From assembly GCA_963663865.1 (NCBI GenBank), contig OY760686.1, positions 2,208,001-2,272,000 on the forward strand: a stretch of DNA of 64,000 nucleotides. Reading direction: 5' to 3'. This document shows, piece after piece, positions 57,376 to 64,000 of this stretch; within the stretch, counting starts at the first letter, position 1, and each line of letters starts with the position of its first letter. The DNA comes from Spirochaetota bacterium (GTDB lineage: Bacteria; Spirochaetota; UBA4802; UBA5550). Below the pieces are notes generated by a model. It was given only the letters and a program-made list of their open reading frames with translations. It was not told the origin of the DNA and did no database searches. The translations under genes and the position numbers were made by a program.

Positions 57376-58419
57376 ATGAAAACAACATTTAGATGGTTTG
57401 GCCCCGATGATCCGGTTACACTCAAAGATATCCGACAGATTCCTGGTGTAACTGGCATTATTACATCAGCTTTTGATATTCCCGCTGATGAAGTAATACC
57501 TGTAGAACGTTTTAAAGAATTACAGCAACTCTGTGCAGCTGAAGGCTTTACTCTGGATGCTATTGAAAGTATCCCGGTACATGAGGACATCAAGCTTGGA
57601 CGAGATAACCGTGATGAGCTTATAGATGTTTTTATCAAAAGCCTGAAAAATGCCGCAAGTGCAGGAATCCCTGTTATCTGTTATAACTTTATGCTGGCCT
57701 TTGACTGGCTTCGGACTGACCTGGCCATGAAGCTTCCTGACGGATCAACAGCACTTAGTTATGATGAAAATGATCTGGCAGGTTTTGATCTTACCCAGGA
57801 GCTGCCGGCCTGGAGTACGACTTACACTCCGGAAACACTTGAGGCCATGCTCAATTCCAGCAGAAGCCTTTCAGAAAACGATCTATGGGAAAATCTGCGA
57901 TATTTTCTTGAAAGAGTAATACCTGCAGCTGAAGAGTCTGGTATTTTATTGGCCATACATCCGGATGATCCACCATGGTCTATTCTCGGAATTCCAAGAA
58001 TCATAACCTCAGAAAGCAATATTAATAAATTTCTGCGTCTGGTTGATAAAAAAGCCAATGGTCTTGCACTCTGTTCCGGGTCGCTTGGAGCTAATCCGGA
58101 GAACAATATCCCTCAAATAGTCAGGCGATTCGGAAGCGAAGGCCGTATTCATTTCGCACATATCCGTAATATTAAATTTACCGGCAACAAAAAATTTCAT
58201 GAATCGGCCCACCTTTCAAGTGACGGCAGTCTCGATCTTTTTGATATTGTTAAAGCATATCATGATACAGGATTTACCGGACCAATGCGTCCTGACCATG
58301 GACGGAATATCTGGAATGATAAGGGGAAACCCGGCTACGGGCTGTATGACCGCGCCATTGGTGCAGTATACATTCAGGCCCTCTGGGAAGCTATTGAAAA
58401 AATGAAACGGGAGGCATAA
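57376..58419 (+). CDS. uxuA: Mannonate dehydratase
   Basis: FRWFGPDD, ESIPVHEDIK, CYNFM, HPDDPP, RPDHGR, PGYGLYDRA.G. Confidence 0.97.
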   Translation: MKTTFRWFGPDDPVTLKDIRQIPGVTGIITSAFDIPADEVIPVERFKELQQLCAAEGFTLDAIESIPVHEDIKLGRDNRDELIDVFIKSLKNAASAGIPVICYNFMLAFDWLRTDLAMKLPDGSTALSYDENDLAGFDLTQELPAWSTTYTPETLEAMLNSSRSLSENDLWENLRYFLERVIPAAEESGILLAIHPDDPPWSILGIPRIITSESNINKFLRLVDKKANGLALCSGSLGANPENNIPQIVRRFGSEGRIHFAHIRNIKFTGNKKFHESAHLSSDGSLDLFDIVKAYHDTGFTGPMRPDHGRNIWNDKGKPGYGLYDRAIGAVYIQALWEAIEKMKREA

Positions 58420-58422
58420 AAA

Positions 58423-59088
58423 ATGGCTCAAAATAAAAAACATGAGACACTGCAGGCAATACGCCAGCATCGTCTTGTAGGTCTTTTTCACGATTATGAC
58501 ATTGACTCAGCGTTAAACACTTTAAAATGCTGCGCTGATGGAGGACTTAGAATTGTTGAATTCGTAAACAGGGGTGTTTTTGCTTTAGATATATTCACTC
58601 AACTTTCTAAGGCAGTAAAAAAATCATACCCCGACATAGTCTTGGGGGCTGGTTCTGTTGTAGACCGCGGAACTGCTGCACAATTCATAAACAACGGAGC
58701 TGATTTTATAGTTTCTCCCTGCATCTGCGAAGATGTGGCACAAACATGTAACAGCAGAAAAATACCCTATCTACCGGGATGTGGTACAGCAACAGAAATA
58801 ATGCAGGCACACCTTCTCGGAGTGGATATCTGCAAACTGTTCCCAGGGGATGCGTCCGGCGGTCCGGGATTTATAAAAGGAGTTATGGGACCAATGCCCT
58901 TTGCGGAAATAATGCCGACAGGTGGTGTTGAACCAACAACAGAAAGTTGCAGCTCCTGGCTTAATGCTGGTGCGGTATGTGTAGGGATGGGATCAAAACT
59001 ATTAGACTCTAAACTTATAAAAGACGGCAGTTTTGATCAACTAACAGAAAAAATACACAATGCGGTTATGCTGATACAATCTATATAA
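58423..59088 (+). CDS. eda: KDPG/KHG aldolase
   Basis: E..R, GAGSV, GADFIVSP, PGC.T.TEI, KLFPG, MPTGGV, VGMGS. Confidence 0.93.
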   Translation: MAQNKKHETLQAIRQHRLVGLFHDYDIDSALNTLKCCADGGLRIVEFVNRGVFALDIFTQLSKAVKKSYPDIVLGAGSVVDRGTAAQFINNGADFIVSPCICEDVAQTCNSRKIPYLPGCGTATEIMQAHLLGVDICKLFPGDASGGPGFIKGVMGPMPFAEIMPTGGVEPTTESCSSWLNAGAVCVGMGSKLLDSKLIKDGSFDQLTEKIHNAVMLIQSI

Positions 59089-59101
59089 ACAAGGAGTGAA
59101 G

Positions 59102-60169
59102 ATGTCGATTATATTTGATAAAATGCAGCATGCATCAACTGGGATCTATGCTGCAATGGGAGAAATGATGCTTCGCCTTGCCGCTCCAGGATATGAAAGG
59201 CTATTACAGTCTCCAGAGCTGAAAGCTACTTTCGGTGGTGGGGAATCCAATGTAATGGTAAGCTGTGCCAATATGGGACTTCCTGCACGATTCATATCAG
59301 CTTTTCCAGACAATTATCTCGGGCAGCAGGCTATAAGAACATTAAAGGGATTTGATGTAGATGTATCTCCCGTTGTAATAAAAAATAATTCCCGAATGGG
59401 AATCTACTTCCTTGAAAAAGGAGCAAATCAACGTCCCTCTACGGTTATATATGACCGTGCTGATAGCGCTTTCAGCACAATGGGACCCGATGATATTAAT
59501 TGGGAATTCGCACTGAAAGACGTTTCCTGGTTTCACATAACCGGGATCACGCCTGCACTTTCGAAAAGTGCACTTGAACTCAGCATAAAAGGGATGGAAG
59601 AAGCGAAAAAACATGGAGCCGTTACCTCAATTGACCTCAATTTCAGGGCAAAACTCTGGAATTACGGTAAAAAAGCAAGCGAGGTAATGCCACATCTTGC
59701 GGCATTGACTGATGTTATAATAGCCAACGAAGAAGATGTACAAAAATCCCTGGGTATTGGTACAGATCTTGATCCAACCCACGGTGAAATTAACCGGGAC
59801 CGATACGCTCAACTGGCAGCTCAAGTTTTTAAAGACTATAAGGATCTGTCTCTTCTGGCAATCACGCTCCGGGAATCAGTATCAGCTTCGCATAACCGCT
59901 GGAGCGCCTGTCTCAGCAATGGCGATGAAACCGTTTTTTCCAGAACATACGATATTACTAATATCGTAGACCGTGTTGGCGGTGGAGACAGTTTCGCTGC
60001 TGGGCTGATCTATGGTCTATCAAGGCTTGAAACCGGAGAAGAAGCAGTAAATTTCGCAGTCGCCGCTTCCTGTCTTAATCATTCCATTGAAGGAGATATA
60101 AACCTTTCTTCACTCTCTGACATAATGAATCTCTATCAGGGAGACTCTTCTGGACGTATAAGCCGCTAA
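59102..60169 (+). CDS. kdgK: 2-dehydro-3-deoxygluconokinase (PfkB family)
   Basis: GEMMLRL, GGGESNV, IYDRA, HITGITPALS, DLNFR.KLW, DRVGGGDSF. Confidence 0.93.
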   Translation: MSIIFDKMQHASTGIYAAMGEMMLRLAAPGYERLLQSPELKATFGGGESNVMVSCANMGLPARFISAFPDNYLGQQAIRTLKGFDVDVSPVVIKNNSRMGIYFLEKGANQRPSTVIYDRADSAFSTMGPDDINWEFALKDVSWFHITGITPALSKSALELSIKGMEEAKKHGAVTSIDLNFRAKLWNYGKKASEVMPHLAALTDVIIANEEDVQKSLGIGTDLDPTHGEINRDRYAQLAAQVFKDYKDLSLLAITLRESVSASHNRWSACLSNGDETVFSRTYDITNIVDRVGGGDSFAAGLIYGLSRLETGEEAVNFAVAASCLNHSIEGDINLSSLSDIMNLYQGDSSGRISR

Positions 60170-60215
60170 AAAGAAATTGAATCATTTTATATACACAACC
60201 GTGTACTTATCAATG

Positions 60216-60260
60216 CAATATAAAGAGACTCCAGAACTATTTATGGGTCTCTTTATATTG
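60216..60260. other. Intergenic 14-bp stem-loop between kdgK and uxaC
   Basis: CAATATAAAGAGAC...GTCTCTTTATATTG. Confidence 0.6.
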
Positions 60261-60282
60261 ACACAATAAATGAGGATGAAAT

Positions 60283-61695
60283 ATGAAAAACTTTATCCAT
60301 GATAATTTTACTCTTGAGACGGATGCAGCGTCGCGACTCTATCATGATTATGCCTCCACAATGCCCATCATAGACTATCACAATCATCTTTCACCTTCAG
60401 TTCTATCCAACAATGATCATTTTAATGACATTGTTGATATCTGGCTGAAGGAAGATCATTACAAATGGCGTGCCATGCGTGCCAACGGGATTCCGGAGGA
60501 AAAAATAACCGGGAATGCACCTCCCAGAGAAAAATTCCGCTCCTGGGCTAATACCGTACAGGCTTCTATTCGGAACCCTCTGTACCACTGGGCACATATA
60601 GAAATGACACGCTATTTCGGAATAAACGATTTACTCCTTGGATCTGAAACAGCTGATGAAATCTATGACCTCTGCAATGAAGTCCTTGCTGACAAAAATT
60701 TTTCCGCTTGGGAAATAATAAAAAAAATGAATGTTGAGATACTCTGCACAACAGATGACCCTGTTGATAATCTGGAATTTCACGTAGCACTGGCAAAGAA
60801 AAAAGATGTTTCTTTCAGAATGTATCCCGCATGGAGACCTGACAGGGCTTTTAAAGCAGACGATCCTGTTGCTTTTAATAAATGGATTAGCGAACTTGAG
60901 TCTGCATCCAACCTCGAAATAAAAAATCTGGATGACCTCAAAGAAGCATTAAAAAAAAGACACGACTTTTTCCATCATTGCGGTTGCCGGATATCAGATT
61001 ACGGCATGACCACAATCCCGGCTGAAGATTATACTGATAAAGAAATTGCGAAATATTTTGACACTATACGTAGAGGAGAAAGTCTGAAAGGTTTAGAACT
61101 TGATTCATACAGGTCCGCAATGTTGCATTTCCTGATTGAACTTGATGCAAAGAAAGAATGGTCAATACAGATCCATATGGGTGTTTTACGAAACAACAAT
61201 TCCCGTATGTTTAAACAACTTGGTCCTGATGCTGGTTTTGATAGTATAGGAGATTTCAGTCATGCAGCACCCCTGATAAAGCTTTTAGATTATTTGAATA
61301 AAAATAACTCTCTTCCCAGAACAATACTCTATCCTATAAATCCTTCTGATAACGCTATGATTGCCACCATGATCGGCAATTTTCAGGACGGGACTGTTCC
61401 AGGAAAAATTCAATTTGGTCCCGCCTGGTGGTTTCTGGATCAAAAAACAGGCATGGAAGAACAGATGAGCGCCTTATCTGCAATGGGACTTTTATCCCGA
61501 TTCATAGGCATGACCACTGACTCCAGAAGCCTTCTTTCGTTTTCACGCCATGAGTATTTCAGAAGAATTCTCTGCAACCTGTTTGGTAATGATATGGAAA
61601 AAGGTCTTGTTCCAATAGATTTTAAGCTTATTGGAGGCATTATACAGGATATTGCCTGCAATAATGCAAAGCAGTATTTCAAATTTCCTGCGTGA
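60283..61695 (+). CDS. uxaC: Uronate isomerase
   Basis: PIIDYHNHL, DHYKWRAMRANG, NPLYHW.H.E, CTTDDP, WWFLD, MTTDSRS, RHEYFRRILC. Confidence 0.97.
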   Translation: MKNFIHDNFTLETDAASRLYHDYASTMPIIDYHNHLSPSVLSNNDHFNDIVDIWLKEDHYKWRAMRANGIPEEKITGNAPPREKFRSWANTVQASIRNPLYHWAHIEMTRYFGINDLLLGSETADEIYDLCNEVLADKNFSAWEIIKKMNVEILCTTDDPVDNLEFHVALAKKKDVSFRMYPAWRPDRAFKADDPVAFNKWISELESASNLEIKNLDDLKEALKKRHDFFHHCGCRISDYGMTTIPAEDYTDKEIAKYFDTIRRGESLKGLELDSYRSAMLHFLIELDAKKEWSIQIHMGVLRNNNSRMFKQLGPDAGFDSIGDFSHAAPLIKLLDYLNKNNSLPRTILYPINPSDNAMIATMIGNFQDGTVPGKIQFGPAWWFLDQKTGMEEQMSALSAMGLLSRFIGMTTDSRSLLSFSRHEYFRRILCNLFGNDMEKGLVPIDFKLIGGIIQDIACNNAKQYFKFPA

Positions 61696-61989
61696 TTGTA
61701 ATATATAATACAGACTGCTTACAGAGTTTTCGTTAGATTTAACTGTAGCAGTCTGTCCTTCCTTATTGTACTTCATCCTTTCTCAAACAATTTTGCAAAA
61801 TCTGGCAGCCAGTTTTTGACATCGCCCCATTTCTGACATGCCAGCAACTCAGAGGAAAAGACTCATCTAATACGTTAGATTTCACATCAAGCTCATACCA
61901 TTGATTCCGTTTATCAAACTGATGCAACGAAATAATTTATGTATCACATGGTTAAGGCAATTCTATTTCTACAGGAGGCAGTACTTTTA

Positions 61990-64000
61990 ATGAAATCCTC
62001 ACTTTTTAGATGTTCAATCAAACCAAAGATAACATTCAAACTGCAATTTTTTCTATTTTCAGTTCTGACTGTTATCGCATTTACATCCTGCAGTAAATCA
62101 TCAACTAACGGTGGTGACTCGATTGATGATGAAGTGGAGGCTTTTCTTGGATCAATGACAATTCAGGAAAAAATCCAACAAATGCAGGGCGGGGACTATG
62201 CATGGGGTGACCACTTCAATTTCAAAACTCCTAACAATGAGCGTTTGCAAATTCCTGGTTTTATGATGTGCAACGGAACACGGGGCATGTCCGCACGATA
62301 TGCGACAGAAAACGCCACTACCTTCCCTGTCGCCATGGCAAGGGCCGCGACGTGGGATCCGGAAATAGAATCCCAAGTTGCTCAAATTGTTGCAGTTGAA
62401 GCCAAGGCCTGGGGTTACAACATGGTCTTCGCACCAACAATTAATCAACTTACCCACCCACGATGGGGCCGTGCACAGGAAACATACGGAGAGGATGTAT
62501 GCCTTTTAAGCAAATTTGGTGTTGCCTACATCAACTCTGTTCAATCACAACCTGAGGACGGATCGAATCCTATTATATCAGTAGTTAAGCATTTCGCTGC
62601 CAATAACATTGAAAACACTCGTTTCTCAGTGAACGCCAGGCTGGACGAACGGACACTTCGCGAAGTATACCTGCCTCACTTTAAAAAAGCAGTGGATGAA
62701 GCCAATGTCGCAGTGATGATGACCGCTTATAATAAAGTTAACGGCTATTACGCGTCTCAGAATCACCACATGGTCCGTGAAATTCTCAAAGGTGAATGGG
62801 GCTTTCAGGGAATGGTCCTTTCTGATTTCGGAGCAGTTCACGCAACAGTTGATTCAGTTGAGGCCGGACTTGATCTGGAACACCCTTTCAGTTTGGGAGA
62901 AAATCCCTATAAAGAATTTGTCGAAGGATATTTTTACGGCGATGAGCTGGTCAGCTCTGTTAATGATGGTGATGTTCCAATAGATTTAATTGATGATGCT
63001 GTACGAAGAATACTGAAAACAAAGCTTCAATATAAGCTCGATTACTATGATCTGATTGGTGGTGAAAATCCTCCCAGAGACCAGTCGCTTCTTGAAACAG
63101 ATGAACATGTTGCTAAAGCACTTGAAGTGGCTGAAAAAAGCATCGTTCTTCTCGAAAATAAAAACAATACACTTCCTCTAAACAGATCTGCAGTATCAAA
63201 TATTGTTGTTGTTGGCGAATTCGCTAACAAGGTTCGCACCGGTGACCAGGGAAGCAGCGAATCTGTTTCATCTTCGGGAGTAAGCCCATATATGGGAATC
63301 TCATCAATTGCGGGTGAAGGTGTAACCGTAACGACCCAGGTAACTGTTGAAGAAAACACGGCCGCTGTTGCAGCAGCAGATTATGTAATAGTTATCGGGG
63401 CGTATAGTCATAGAGAAGAAGGGGAAGGAAAACCCTTTGCCAACGATAGAGTCAGTATGGCGCTTCCTTCTGATGAAGTTACGGCTATAAAATCCGCCTT
63501 GGCCAACAATTCCAACGTAATTGTCATTCTGGAATCCGCAGGAGCTGTCGACATGAAAGCCTGGGCTGATGATGACGCCAACTCCGAAAACCTCAAAGCA
63601 GTAATTATGGCATGGTATCCCGGGATGAGAGGTGGTACTGCCATTGGAGAAATCCTCTTTGGAGATGTAAATCCTTCCGGAAAACTTCCACAGGCCTTTC
63701 CTGTACAGGAAAGTGACTACCCGGTCTTTGACACTACATCATATGAAGTAAAATATGATTATTACCATGGATACAGATATCTGGACAAACATAACATTGC
63801 TCCCCGTTACCACTTCGGTTACGGTCTGAGCTATACAACGTACAACTACTCCGATCTTCAAGTGCAGGAGGACACAGTGACTGAAGATGACACTGTTACT
63901 GTAACTGTGGATGTTACAAATACAGGCACAATCGCTGGTGATGAGATAGTCCAGCTCTATGTAGGTTTTCTTAATAGTACTGTGGCCGATTCAATAGGCC
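61990..64000 (+). CDS. Glycoside hydrolase family 3 lipoprotein (beta-glucosidase/xylosidase-like), runs off the window; absent from the ORF track
   Basis: AGGAGG RBS, lipobox AFTSC, MTIQEK, RWGRAQETYGED, KHFAANN, LREVYLP.F, VLSDFG nucleophile, AWYPG..GG, NPSGKLP, FGYGLSYT. Confidence 0.95.
   Translation, partial: MKSSLFRCSIKPKITFKLQFFLFSVLTVIAFTSCSKSSTNGGDSIDDEVEAFLGSMTIQEKIQQMQGGDYAWGDHFNFKTPNNERLQIPGFMMCNGTRGMSARYATENATTFPVAMARAATWDPEIESQVAQIVAVEAKAWGYNMVFAPTINQLTHPRWGRAQETYGEDVCLLSKFGVAYINSVQSQPEDGSNPIISVVKHFAANNIENTRFSVNARLDERTLREVYLPHFKKAVDEANVAVMMTAYNKVNGYYASQNHHMVREILKGEWGFQGMVLSDFGAVHATVDSVEAGLDLEHPFSLGENPYKEFVEGYFYGDELVSSVNDGDVPIDLIDDAVRRILKTKLQYKLDYYDLIGGENPPRDQSLLETDEHVAKALEVAEKSIVLLENKNNTLPLNRSAVSNIVVVGEFANKVRTGDQGSSESVSSSGVSPYMGISSIAGEGVTVTTQVTVEENTAAVAAADYVIVIGAYSHREEGEGKPFANDRVSMALPSDEVTAIKSALANNSNVIVILESAGAVDMKAWADDDANSENLKAVIMAWYPGMRGGTAIGEILFGDVNPSGKLPQAFPVQESDYPVFDTTSYEVKYDYYHGYRYLDKHNIAPRYHFGYGLSYTTYNYSDLQVQEDTVTEDDTVTVTVDVTNTGTIAGDEIVQLYVGFLNSTVADSIG

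Larger units (their letters stand above)
47880..64000. other. AT-rich hexuronate sensing/uptake/catabolism region, probably horizontally acquired
   Basis: Abrupt visible fall in GC after ~47.9 kb and a coherent sugar-acid function. No integrase or att site seen. Confidence 0.6.

Noticed and set aside
61865-61880. ATCTAA-TACG-TTAGAT palindrome containing GTTAGAT (GTTRRRY)
   Set aside because: Too short and has no cassette context; could be chance or an operator.
153-63644. Numerous short antisense or overlapping ORFs in the supplied track
   Set aside because: They are shadows of well-supported genes on the other strand or frame, including those opposite the GH3 gene.

Overview
Bacterial chromosomal window, most likely from an environmental spirochaete related to Leptospirales (inferred from a clear Loa22-type OmpA lipoprotein). 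Two stretches are core genome of moderate GC. The first (1-28.6 kb) holds an amidase, a TIGR01212 radical SAM gene next to mnmA, a diguanylate cyclase, dprA-topA-xerC, csoR-copA with its operator, pepN, and an unusual exported VanW + AMMECR1 + alpha-2-macroglobulin operon. The second (38.6-47.8 kb) holds msrAB, aroK, mscS, htpX, phzF, PPi-PFK and a second diguanylate cyclase. Between them (~28.6-38.5 kb) lies a largely AT-rich, decaying integron-like cassette array with no integrase gene. It has one intact attC-like site, several attC remnants, an attI-like site, four type II toxin-antitoxin modules (two broken), an IS3, an IS256, and two copies of a highly structured non-coding repeat rich in GGA-capped hairpins. 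The last 16 kb is an AT-rich hexuronate-utilisation region: two orphan sugar-binding proteins paired with a membrane AraC and an MCP, a TRAP transporter, uxuB-like/uxuA/eda/kdgK/uxaC and a GH3 lipoprotein, with a recurring CTGAC-N-GTCAG palindrome. I saw no rRNA, tRNA or CRISPR array. All calls come from reading the sequence; no searches were run.
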